Assembly (NCBI GenBank): GCA_965217675.1
Contig: OZ244559.1
Location: forward strand, 2,756,355-2,820,354
From: Dehalococcoidia bacterium
GTDB lineage: Bacteria; Chloroflexota; Dehalococcoidia; Lucifugimonadales; UBA1127
Length of the DNA: 64,000 bases
Reading direction: 5' to 3'
Shown here in pieces: positions 19,726 to 28,707 of this stretch (position 1 is the stretch's first letter; each line of letters begins with the position of its first letter). The position numbers and the translations under genes are program-made. The notes under the pieces are model-generated. The model ran no database searches. It was given only the letters and a program-made list of their open reading frames with translations, and was not told the DNA's origin.

Positions 19726-20151
19726 CTAGTAGAACGACGTACACGTGCCGTTTGTCGTCTGGATGACGGCCCCCTGGTTGAAGAGATCCTTGTACCCGAT
19801 GGCAATCTCAGCAAGTCGCTCCCCGGCGTTGTCGAACCGTGGCGCCAGGATGATGAGGACCTTGGAGCGTTCTCGCTCAATCTCACCCGGAGCGACCTGC
19901 CACTGCCCCTGCCCGTCCAGCACAGTAAGGCCGTTTGGGAACTTTGGGGTGACGATGTCTCTGAGAAAGACCTCCCACGCCTGGTCGGTGACGACTTCCT
20001 CGCCCCCGCTGTTTCGCCCCATGAAGAGCCGGTACTCCACGTTCAGCTCGCTGCCCTCCGGGCACTGCGCCACCTCCTCAGCGCCGCCGCATGCCGCCCC
20101 GGCAAGCAACGCGACAAGGACAGCGGCGAGGAGCAAGGCGACACGGGGCAT
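19726..20151 (-). CDS. DUF3574-like lipoprotein
   Basis: Lipobox GAAC; LFMGRN, VTPKFPNGLTVLDGQGQW, ERSKVL. Confidence 0.75.
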   Translation of the reverse strand: MPRVALLLAAVLVALLAGAACGGAEEVAQCPEGSELNVEYRLFMGRNSGGEEVVTDQAWEVFLRDIVTPKFPNGLTVLDGQGQWQVAPGEIERERSKVLIILAPRFDNAGERLAEIAIGYKDLFNQGAVIQTTNGTCTSFY

Positions 20152-20344
20152 GGTGTGACCTCCGTTGACCGGCGTTTGTGACGTTCAGCCTGCCTACTAT
20201 ACACCTGCGGATGCTCGGTTCCCGAAGCTTGCACCCTCCTGCCGTGTCCCCCCGGCATTCCTTCCCCCCACATGGCCGCCCTGCTATGCTGTGCGCATTC
20301 GCACTCCCGGCGGAGCTGCCGCCGGCATGGGAGGGCATGGGGGC

Positions 20345-21781
20345 ATGGACAGTCTGGTCCGGGAGCTGCAGCGGGCGATCGGCAGACGCTACGTGCTGTC
20401 GCGGCCGCAGGAGCTGCTGGTGTACGAGTACGACGGCGCCGTGGAGCGCGCACTTCCGGGCGTCGTCGCGGTGCCGGACAGCGCCGCGCAGGCCGCGCAG
20501 ATCGTGAGCATCGCCCGCCGCCACGGTGTTCCCGTCGTGCCACGCGGCGCGGGCACCGGCCTCAGCGGCGGCGCCATCCCCATCCACGGTGGCGTGCTCA
20601 TGCCGATGACCCGCCTCAACCGAGTCCTGGAGGTAGACCCGGCTGAGCGCATGGCAATCGTGGAGCCCGGCGTCGTCAACATTGACATCTCCAAGGCGGC
20701 GGCGCCCTATGGCCTGCGCTACGCCCCGGACCCCTCCAGCCAGAAGGCGTGCACCATCGGCGGCAACGTGGCGGAGAACGCCGGCGGCCCCCACTGTCTG
20801 GCCTACGGCGTCACCACCAACCACGTCATGGGCATGGAGATCGTGCTCGCCGACGGCTCCCTTGCGTGGGTCGGCGGACGCCGGCACGAGCTCCCTGGCT
20901 ACGACCTTCGCGGCGTGCTCATCGGGTCCGAGGGAACGCTGGCCGTGACGACCAAGGTCGCCGTGCGGCTACAGCCCATACCCGAAGCGGTCACCACAAT
21001 GCTTGCGATCTTCCAGGACGAGGACGACGCCAGCGCCGCCGTCTCGGCCATCGTCGGGGCGGGCATCGTGCCCGCGGCCATCGAGATGATGGACCGGCTC
21101 ACCATCCAGGCCGTCGAGCCCGCCATCCACGCCGGTTACCCCGAAAACGCAGGCGCCGTCCTCCTCGTCGAGGTGGAGGGCCTGAGCGAGCCCGTCGCGG
21201 AGGAGTCCGAGGAGGTGCAGCAGGTCTGCTACCAGAACAACGCCACCCAGGTGCGCGTGGCTGAGGACCCCACGCTGCGCGAGCGGCTGTGGGCCGGACG
21301 CAAGACGGCCCTGGGCGCGCTGGGCCGCCTCGCCCCCAACTACTACCTGCTGGACGGCGTTGTCCCGCGCACCAAGATACTGGAGGCCCTGCGCCGCATC
21401 CGTGAGATCTCCGGCGAGTACGCCCTTCCCATCGCCAACGTCTTCCACGCCGGCGACGGCAACCTGCACCCGTGCATCCTCTTCGACGAGCGCGTGGGCG
21501 ACCAGCTGCGCCGCTCCAAGGAGGCGGGAGCGGCCGTCCTCCGCACCTGCGTCGACCTGGGAGGCGCGCTGTCCGGCGAGCACGGCGTTGGGCTGGAGAA
21601 GCAGGAGTACATGGACCTTTGCTTCACCGCCGCCGACCTGGACGCCATGGCGCGGCTGAACCCAGCCTTTGGCGCGGGCGACACCTTCAACCCCGGCAAG
21701 GTCTTCCCCACGGGCGCTTCCTGCGTGGAGCTCCTGCAGCACCCGGCCATCGCCCGGTTGGGACCCGACGCCTTTGTCTAG
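20345..21781 (+). CDS. glcD: Glycolate oxidase-type FAD subunit
   Basis: PRGAGTGLSGG, PDPSS, GGNVAENAGGPHC, HAGDGNLHP, SGEHGVG. Confidence 0.9.
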   Translation: MDSLVRELQRAIGRRYVLSRPQELLVYEYDGAVERALPGVVAVPDSAAQAAQIVSIARRHGVPVVPRGAGTGLSGGAIPIHGGVLMPMTRLNRVLEVDPAERMAIVEPGVVNIDISKAAAPYGLRYAPDPSSQKACTIGGNVAENAGGPHCLAYGVTTNHVMGMEIVLADGSLAWVGGRRHELPGYDLRGVLIGSEGTLAVTTKVAVRLQPIPEAVTTMLAIFQDEDDASAAVSAIVGAGIVPAAIEMMDRLTIQAVEPAIHAGYPENAGAVLLVEVEGLSEPVAEESEEVQQVCYQNNATQVRVAEDPTLRERLWAGRKTALGALGRLAPNYYLLDGVVPRTKILEALRRIREISGEYALPIANVFHAGDGNLHPCILFDERVGDQLRRSKEAGAAVLRTCVDLGGALSGEHGVGLEKQEYMDLCFTAADLDAMARLNPAFGAGDTFNPGKVFPTGASCVELLQHPAIARLGPDAFV

Positions 21782-23165
21782 CCAATCCGTTCACCCTGAG
21801 GGAACTCGAAGGGCGGCTGACCTCCACCGCGGCCTTGTGGACGCCGGCGTCGGCGTTGGCGCAGATACGGCCCCCTACGCCTTGGCGGGCCGCGAACCGC
21901 TTGCCGTGGCGCTGCCCACCACCGTCGATGAAGTGAGCGCAGCCCTCGTGGTGGCCGCGCGGCTCGGGGCGGCTGTCGTCCCCTGGGGCGGCGGCACGCG
22001 GCAGGGGCTGGGCACCACGCCCTCGAGCTACGACCTGGCGCTGGACCTGCGGGGCCTGAATCGCGTGGTGGCCCATGAGCCCGCCGACCTCACGGTCACG
22101 GTGCAGGCCGGGTGCACCGTGGGCGCGCTGCAGGAAGCGTTGGCGCGCGAGGGGCAGTGGCTTCCGCTGGACCCGCCCCTTCCGGCCCGAGCGACGGTCG
22201 GAGGGACGCTGGCGGCAGGCAACGCCGGGCCGCTGGGCACGGGTTTCGGCCTCCCGAGAGAGATGGTCATCGGCATGCGCGCCGTCCTGGCCGACGGGAC
22301 CGTGGTCAAGAGCGGGGGCAACGTGGTCAAGAACGTCACGGGCTTTGCGATGGACCGGTTGCACGTCGGTGGGCTCGGGACGCTGGGCGTCATCGCGGAG
22401 GTCACCTTCAAGATCGTGCCCATCCCGCGGAAGGAGGCCACCGTGGTTGCGGCGTTCGCCTCCGCGCAAGCAGCCGCCGATGCGAGCGCGGGCGTGACAT
22501 CCATTGGCCTGCCGATGCTCTCCATAGAGCTGTTAAATGACGCCGCCTGGGCCAAAGCTATCGATGGACTGTCCTTACGGCCTGAGCCGATTATGGCAAC
22601 CGCAGTCCAGCCCGTTCATACTGAGCCCGCCAATGGGTTGAGCGAAACGGGCGCGTGGCACCTCGTCGCCCGCGTTGCGGGGCGGCCCGTGGCGGTGTCG
22701 CGCTCCGTCGATGCCTGGGCCGCCGCCTGTGAGAGCCACGGCGCGGCGGTGGCGTGGCTGGAGGACGCAGGGAGCGGGGCGCTGGCCAGCAGAGTCGCGG
22801 ACCTTGGTTGGGCGGACGGCCCACCGGCCTTCGCCGTGCGCATCGCCGCCCCGTCATCACAGGGGGCGGCAGCCTTGGACGTCCTCGGCGACGCGCCACC
22901 CGCCGCGCTCAGCGTCACGCGGGGCGTGGTCCGTGCGGCGTGGCCCGCGGACGCGATGCCAGATGATGCCTCGGCGTACGTCGGCACTCTGCGGGAGCGG
23001 GTCGCCGACCTGGGCGGGACGGTGTTGGTCGAGTCGAGCGCGCCCATTGAGGGCGTTGACCCGTGGGGCCCGCCCGGCGACGGGTTCGCGGTTATGCATG
23101 GGCTCAAGCGGGAGTACGACCCGCAGGGCCTCCTCAATCCCGGCCGGTTCCTGGGAGGACTGTAG
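21774..23165 (+). CDS. glcE: Glycolate oxidase-type FAD-binding subunit
   Basis: PADLTVTVQAG, GGNVVKNVTG, DPQGLLNPGR; lies between glcD and glcF; TTG start uncertain. Confidence 0.85.
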   Translation: MSSQSVHPEGTRRAADLHRGLVDAGVGVGADTAPYALAGREPLAVALPTTVDEVSAALVVAARLGAAVVPWGGGTRQGLGTTPSSYDLALDLRGLNRVVAHEPADLTVTVQAGCTVGALQEALAREGQWLPLDPPLPARATVGGTLAAGNAGPLGTGFGLPREMVIGMRAVLADGTVVKSGGNVVKNVTGFAMDRLHVGGLGTLGVIAEVTFKIVPIPRKEATVVAAFASAQAAADASAGVTSIGLPMLSIELLNDAAWAKAIDGLSLRPEPIMATAVQPVHTEPANGLSETGAWHLVARVAGRPVAVSRSVDAWAAACESHGAAVAWLEDAGSGALASRVADLGWADGPPAFAVRIAAPSSQGAAALDVLGDAPPAALSVTRGVVRAAWPADAMPDDASAYVGTLRERVADLGGTVLVESSAPIEGVDPWGPPGDGFAVMHGLKREYDPQGLLNPGRFLGGL

Positions 23166-24493
23166 TGACGAGCGGCGTGCGGGGCAAGGTCCTGGTGGCA
23201 GGGTTCATCGGCCCGGATGCGCCGCGGGAGGAAGACCTCTACAAGTGCGTCCACTGCGGCCTCTGCCTCAACGCGTGCCCCACCTACGTCGAGACGGGGC
23301 TTGAGACGGAGTCGCCGCGGGGCCGCATCGCGCTGATGAAGGCCGTGTTCGAGGGGCGCGCTGGCATCGAGCCCGGCGTCGTCGAGCACTGGGACCTTTG
23401 CATCCAGTGCCGCGCCTGCGAGGCGGCATGTCCCTCGGGGGTGCCCTACGGCCGCCTGATTGAGCAGGCACAGGCGCAGATGCGCCCCCTAAGGCGCGGG
23501 GTGCTAGGCCGCTTTGCGGCGTGGCTGGCGTATGCGCAAGTGCTGCCGAGCCCGGGCAGGATGCGCGCAATCGGCGGTGTGCTGCGGCTCTACCAGCGCT
23601 CGGGGCTGCGCGCCCTTGTGCGGGCCAGCCGCGTCTTGCGCCTTGTGCGGCCAATCGCCGAGGCCGAGGCGGCACTGCCGGACCTCTCGGGAAACTCCTT
23701 CCGCGCCGCGGGGCAGGTGTACCCGGCACGGGGTGTGGCGCGCTATCGCGTCGGGCTGCTCTCCGGCTGCGTCATGCCCATTTTCCACAGCACCACCATG
23801 GAGGCGGCTGTCCGCGTGCTGACCCGTAACGGCTGCGAGGTGCATGTACCGGCCTCGCAGGGGTGCTGCGGCTCGCTGAACCTTCACGGCGGCGACCTCG
23901 ACGGGGGGCGGGCGATGGCTCGTCGCAACATCGACGCCTTCCTTGACGCGGGCGTTGACGTCATCGTGACGGCCTCCGCCGGGTGCGGCGCGTCGATGAA
24001 GGACTCCGCGGACCTCTTCTGCGATGACCCGGCCTACCTGGCGAAGGCGGAGCGGTTCGGGGCGATGACGCAGGACATCACGGAGTTCCTGGCATCGCTG
24101 CCGCTGGACCCGCCGCGGGCCGAGACGCCGACGCGGGTCACCTACCAGGACTCCTGTCACCTGGTCCACGCCCAACGGCTGTCCGCGCCGCCGAGGGCGC
24201 TGTTGGCCGCCATTCCCGGGCTGGAGCTGGTGGAGATGCCCCACTCCGACCGGTGCTGCGGCGCGGGCGGCAGCTACCAGATCACCCAGCGCGAGATGTC
24301 CGGCCAGCTCCGGACGCACAAACTGGAGGAGGCCGTGGCCACCGGCGCAGGGACCATCGCCACGGTGAACCCGGGCTGTATGGTGCAGCTCGCGCTGGGG
24401 GCCCGGGAGGTCGGGCTGCCGCTGCGCGTCTGCCACGTCGTCGACCTGCTGGACGAGGCGTACCGGCGCGAGGGCGGCGATACCTCAGGCTAG
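23165..24493 (+). CDS. glcF: Glycolate oxidase Fe-S subunit
   Basis: CVHCGLCLNACPTY, CIQCRACEAACP, two CCG domains. Confidence 0.9.
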   Translation: MTSGVRGKVLVAGFIGPDAPREEDLYKCVHCGLCLNACPTYVETGLETESPRGRIALMKAVFEGRAGIEPGVVEHWDLCIQCRACEAACPSGVPYGRLIEQAQAQMRPLRRGVLGRFAAWLAYAQVLPSPGRMRAIGGVLRLYQRSGLRALVRASRVLRLVRPIAEAEAALPDLSGNSFRAAGQVYPARGVARYRVGLLSGCVMPIFHSTTMEAAVRVLTRNGCEVHVPASQGCCGSLNLHGGDLDGGRAMARRNIDAFLDAGVDVIVTASAGCGASMKDSADLFCDDPAYLAKAERFGAMTQDITEFLASLPLDPPRAETPTRVTYQDSCHLVHAQRLSAPPRALLAAIPGLELVEMPHSDRCCGAGGSYQITQREMSGQLRTHKLEEAVATGAGTIATVNPGCMVQLALGAREVGLPLRVCHVVDLLDEAYRREGGDTSG

Positions 24494-24614
24494 GGCGGCC
24501 GGCGCCTACCACTTTGCGGAGCTCGCTCGTTACATACATTGAAGGGGCTACACCCCCGTGGTATACGGGGACGCCGTGTATCCGGCTATAATGAAAAAAA
24601 GGACAGGAGACGTA

Positions 24615-25880
24615 ATGCCGCATTCAGGAAAGGCCCTCCCCAAGTTCTTGCGCCGCCCCCTGGGTGTGGCCGTGGCCCTGGCGGCCATCGCGGCGCTGCT
24701 GACGGCCTCGTGCGGTGGAGACGCCGCCACCCAACCCCTGCGAGCGACGCCGACGCCGGTGCCGGACGCAACAATCGACCTGCCGACCCTTCCAACGCCG
24801 GCGCCTGATGGAGGTCCAGGCGAGTTTGGGCCCTTCCCGGGAGAGGTCGGCTCCCCGGCCGACGACATCCAGGTGCAGGACCCCGCCTACTTCGTCAACA
24901 CCGAAGTCTTCAGCCTCGAGGAGCTGCGCGGCGAGGTGGTGCTCATCGACTTCTGGACCTATACCTGCGTCAACTGCATCCGGACGCTGCCCTATCTGCG
25001 GGACTGGCACGAGAAGTACGGCGACATCGGGCTTACCATCGTCGGGGTGCACACGCCGGAGTTCGAGTTCGAGAAGCTGCGCGAAAACGTGGTGGACGCC
25101 ATCGCAGAGTTCGACATCGGCTGGCCGGTTGTGCAGGACAACGACTTCTTGACCTGGCAAGCCTTCAACAACCGGTTCTGGCCCGCCAAGTACCTCATCG
25201 ACAAGGACGGCATCATCCGCTACACGCACTTTGGCGAGGGCGAGTACGTGGAGACGGAGGCGCAGATACGCGACCTGCTGCTCGACGCCGGGGTGAACCT
25301 CGCGGGGATCGCCGCCAACACGCAGGAGGGCCCTGAGTTTGACGAGCGCGCCTTCACCGGCGGCCTGAGCGATGGCCAGACCCGCGAGCTCTACGCCGGA
25401 CTCAACCCCCAGTTCTTCTCCCAGCAGCCCTACATCCTGCAGCCGGAGCTCTACCAAAACCCGGCGGACCAGCCAGTCACGTTCATGGACCCCGGCGAAC
25501 ACAACAACAACTTCCTCTACTTCCACGGCCTGTGGACGCCCACCCTGGAGAACATGCGCCACTCCCGAAACACGGAGGACCTGGAGGACTACCTGGTGCT
25601 GCGCTACAACGGCACCAGCGCCAACGTGGTGCTGGAGGTGGATGAAGAGCCCTACCGCGTCTACATCACGCAGGACGACGCGCCGGTGCCCGAGGCCGAT
25701 TGGGGCCAGGACATCCAGCAGGACGAGGACGGCGGCACCTACATCATGGTCGACAAGGACCGGATGTACCGGATCATAGAGTCGCCGGAGTACAGCGGGC
25801 ATAGCCTGAAACTCGCCTCCAACTCTGACCAATTCACGGTCTTTGCGTTCACATTTGGCAGCTACCCCACCGGGCCGTAG
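24615..25880 (+). CDS. Redoxin lipoprotein (DipZ C-terminal-like)
   Basis: Lipobox TASC; DFWTYTCVNC, GVHTPEF, WPAKYLID, FAFTFG. Confidence 0.85.
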   Translation: MPHSGKALPKFLRRPLGVAVALAAIAALLTASCGGDAATQPLRATPTPVPDATIDLPTLPTPAPDGGPGEFGPFPGEVGSPADDIQVQDPAYFVNTEVFSLEELRGEVVLIDFWTYTCVNCIRTLPYLRDWHEKYGDIGLTIVGVHTPEFEFEKLRENVVDAIAEFDIGWPVVQDNDFLTWQAFNNRFWPAKYLIDKDGIIRYTHFGEGEYVETEAQIRDLLLDAGVNLAGIAANTQEGPEFDERAFTGGLSDGQTRELYAGLNPQFFSQQPYILQPELYQNPADQPVTFMDPGEHNNNFLYFHGLWTPTLENMRHSRNTEDLEDYLVLRYNGTSANVVLEVDEEPYRVYITQDDAPVPEADWGQDIQQDEDGGTYIMVDKDRMYRIIESPEYSGHSLKLASNSDQFTVFAFTFGSYPTGP

Positions 25881-25911
25881 TCCGGAGGGACACATCTTCA
25901 GGAGGAAGAGC

Positions 25912-26859
25912 TTGGTCAACGCCACGCGTGTTCTGCTCATTGCCATGGCGCTAGCCGCACTGCTGGCCGCCTGCCTCGACGCCGGCCTCGCCGAATCGGA
26001 AGGTGAGGGTTCGAGGGGGGTGGGCGTACCCGCTCCAACCGAGGAGCCCGCCTCCACTGAGCCGTCGCCGGAGCTGAGCGGTATCCTCGCGACCAAGGAC
26101 CTGGGCGTTGGGGCGAACCGCATCTCCTTCCTGCTGGTCAGCCCCAAGGCGCTGGTGAAAGTGCCCTCGGCGACGGTCAAATCGGTGAACCTGAGCGCGC
26201 CTGACGCCGTCGTCGAGACGTCGACGGCGGAGTTCTTCCTGTGGCCCTTCGGGTCGCGGGGCAACTACGCGACGGAGCTGACCTTCGACCAGCCGGGGGA
26301 GTGGCGGCTCGACGTCGAGGTCACGGAGGAGGATGGGTCGATCGGCATGGCGCAGATCCCGCTGACGATAGGCGAGCGCAGCGACACGCCCTCGTTCGGC
26401 GACGTGCCGCCCAGCGAGGACAACAAGACCGTTCGGGACGTGGGCACGCTGGCGGAGCTGACGACCAGCTCGACGCCGGACCCGGACCTGTACCAGCAGA
26501 CCGTTGCGGAGGCGCTTGGCGAGGGGAAGCCGCTGCTGGTGGTGTTCGCCAGCCCGGCGCTGTGCACCAGCCCGACGTGCGGCCCGCAGGTGGAGACGGT
26601 GGAGGAGCTGAAGGAGCAGTACAAGGGCCGCGCCGGCTTCATCCACGTTGAGGTGTACGACAACCCGTCGGAGATCCAGGGCGACCTTGACCGGGCCCAG
26701 TACGCGCCCATGGTGGACGAGTGGGGCCTCTTGGCGCAGACCGGCTACCTGAACGAGTCCTGGGTCTTCATCTTCGGCGCGGACGGCACGGTGACGTCGA
26801 AGTACCAGGGCTACGCGAGCATCGAGGAGCTGACCAAGGGGCTCGACGCGGTGCTGTAG
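25912..26859 (+). CDS. Lipoprotein with thioredoxin-like fold (Cx4C)
   Basis: Lipobox LAAC; VVFASPALCTSPTCGP, FIHVEVY. Confidence 0.75.
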   Translation: MVNATRVLLIAMALAALLAACLDAGLAESEGEGSRGVGVPAPTEEPASTEPSPELSGILATKDLGVGANRISFLLVSPKALVKVPSATVKSVNLSAPDAVVETSTAEFFLWPFGSRGNYATELTFDQPGEWRLDVEVTEEDGSIGMAQIPLTIGERSDTPSFGDVPPSEDNKTVRDVGTLAELTTSSTPDPDLYQQTVAEALGEGKPLLVVFASPALCTSPTCGPQVETVEELKEQYKGRAGFIHVEVYDNPSEIQGDLDRAQYAPMVDEWGLLAQTGYLNESWVFIFGADGTVTSKYQGYASIEELTKGLDAVL

Positions 26860-26944
26860 CCGGGGCGGCGTTCGCTCGCTCGTCGAGGGTGTTTCATGCT
26901 CCGAGCCTCCATGCGGACGACCTCCGCTCATCTTGCTTTTCTCT

Positions 26945-27567
26945 TCATTCTGTCTCCATTTGACCTACCTTGTTGCGGCGGTCGGGATGCGGCCGGTGGT
27001 GGCGCCGCGCCGCCGACGCGGCCGCGCCCCGACGCGGGTGCAGGACAGGGTTTTGGGCAGTTGTATTCACGGGCCGTCGTCGCTGGGGAAACCCTTGTTA
27101 TGCCGGCGCGTCGTAGCTGAATGAACGCTGTTTTTGCAATCACTTTGTAGCTGATGTGACGCATTGCAGCTACAAACCTAAAATCCGATCACACCGCATT
27201 TTGAAACAAATCCTGGATCTCGCGGGCCGAGCGTGCCTGAATCTCGATGCTGAGCATGCGGGATAGCATCTTGGCGGCGCGCAAGAGGATGGCGGGGTCC
27301 GCGTGGGGGTCGGCCAAGAGGCCGACGAGCTTGATGCGCATGCGGTCGGTGAGCGGGTTGAGGTTGCCGTCGCGGCGGGCAGCCGTGCGGGCGTACCGCT
27401 GCTGCGGGGACAGGGGGATGTCGAAGACACCGCGCTTGCGGGATTTCTGGTTGCCGGGCTGGCTGCCGCGACGCCGTCGTGGCAGGGTTGTGGGGGTCCT
27501 GGTTGCGTTGCTCATGGGGAGAGGGTAGCGGGGGGTTGGGCGTGGGGGCTAGGGGGTGGTGTCAGGG
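26945..27567 (-). repeat. Dispersed element copy 2 (longest; contains a 108-aa ORF)
   Basis: Reverse complement of CCCTGACACC at 27558-27567; ATG 27515; palindrome 27144-27176; half-sites 27110-27119 and 27076-27085. Confidence 0.85.
27189..27515 (-). CDS. Small basic hypothetical protein with G-x-QPGN-x3-R-K-x-G motif
   Basis: RRGSQPGNQKSRKRG followed by predicted helices; TACCCT 6 nt before the ATG (leaderless type). Confidence 0.6.
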   Translation of the reverse strand: MSNATRTPTTLPRRRRGSQPGNQKSRKRGVFDIPLSPQQRYARTAARRDGNLNPLTDRMRIKLVGLLADPHADPAILLRAAKMLSRMLSIEIQARSAREIQDLFQNAV

Positions 27568-27582
27568 TGGGGGGCTGTCGGC

Positions 27583-27697
27583 GGGACGGGCGATTCGCGA
27601 ATCGCCCCTACGGTGTGTTTGGTAGTTGGGTAAATCGTGATTGGGTGGTGGTGGAGATGCCCTGTCCCTCTGGATTCCTGCCTTCGCAGGAATGACG
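27583..27697 (-). repeat. REP mosaic (modules C and A)
   Basis: GGGCGATTCGCGAATCGCCCCTAC 27588-27611 (reverse complement of a GTAG-type REP); CTGGATTCCTGCCTTCGCAGGAATGACG ending at 27697. Confidence 0.9.
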
Positions 27698-27796
27698 AGG
27701 GTGGGGGGTGCGAGACGGCATAGGGAAAACTAACGCATGCGCAGAAGTGAGACCGTTCTTGCTCACTGAACACTATAGCTGAGGTGACCTCCCAAA

Positions 27797-28534
27797 CTAT
27801 CCGCCGGACTTAAACAACTCGTTCAATATTCGTAGTCTATGCGCTGCATTGGGCATGGGCAGCTCTAAAACGTCGTCTTCAACGCTTCGCAAGTAACTGG
27901 ATACTGAGAATACCCACAATTTGGCAAACTGTGGTGAAGTCGGCCACGATTCCGACCTTCCGGGGAAACTGTGATTTGGGTTGGATACGCTGAATAAGTG
28001 CTCCCTTGGGCTTTCCTTGGGGCCCATGGCTTCCCAGAAGATGAGCAATGGTTGGATTATTTTCTGGTCAACGCCCTTTGGAGGTTTCATTGGAACCAGC
28101 ACCTTACCTGTGTATGCCGCACGCAAAGTGTGATTCTCTTTGTTCCAATGGCGGTCCCAACGCCGTTGCTTGTATTCAACTATTTGCGATGAAGAGGCGG
28201 GTAGGGGTAGACGCTCGCCCCCAAAAGCATGTGCGGAATAGTTCTTGATCTCTGTCTGAAAGACGGTCCTTGACTGGTCTGACCAAAGCACATCTATCCA
28301 ACGGTCTAGCCTGGGGCCCTTCCGCCCTCCAGTGCCCACAGTACTCTCGAGAACCCTAGACGTTGCTCCTTTAGCTTCAAGGTAGTGCGCAAAGCATGCC
28401 GCATTCAAGTCTTCGCCAACGATGGCGACGATGCTGGTTGCGTGAGTTATGGACCATTCTGGTTTTTCGTCAAAGAAGCTGAGAAGTTCCTTCCGCTGAA
28501 TCGTTATCATCTCCTGGGATGGAGAATTTGCCAT
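27797..28534 (-). CDS. Hypothetical protein, PD-(D/E)xK restriction-endonuclease-like
   Basis: RLDRW...FQTEIKN (D...ExK); lower GC; GAGGAGG RBS. Confidence 0.6.
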   Translation of the reverse strand: MANSPSQEMITIQRKELLSFFDEKPEWSITHATSIVAIVGEDLNAACFAHYLEAKGATSRVLESTVGTGGRKGPRLDRWIDVLWSDQSRTVFQTEIKNYSAHAFGGERLPLPASSSQIVEYKQRRWDRHWNKENHTLRAAYTGKVLVPMKPPKGVDQKIIQPLLIFWEAMGPKESPREHLFSVSNPNHSFPGRSESWPTSPQFAKLWVFSVSSYLRSVEDDVLELPMPNAAHRLRILNELFKSGG

Positions 28535-28707
28535 TTGCTCAGCCTCCTCTTTTAGCGCTTGGGCTGCGACCCGCGAAATCATTTCTTAAATTGAGGTGCG
28601 CAGGGGCGCTCTAAAATAGCATAGTTGACTGTCGTTGTGCGGCCTCGCCAGCTACTCCCACAGGAGGGAGCGGAGGGCAGCCAGTCTTTCGAGGGGAAGA
28701 GTAGGAA

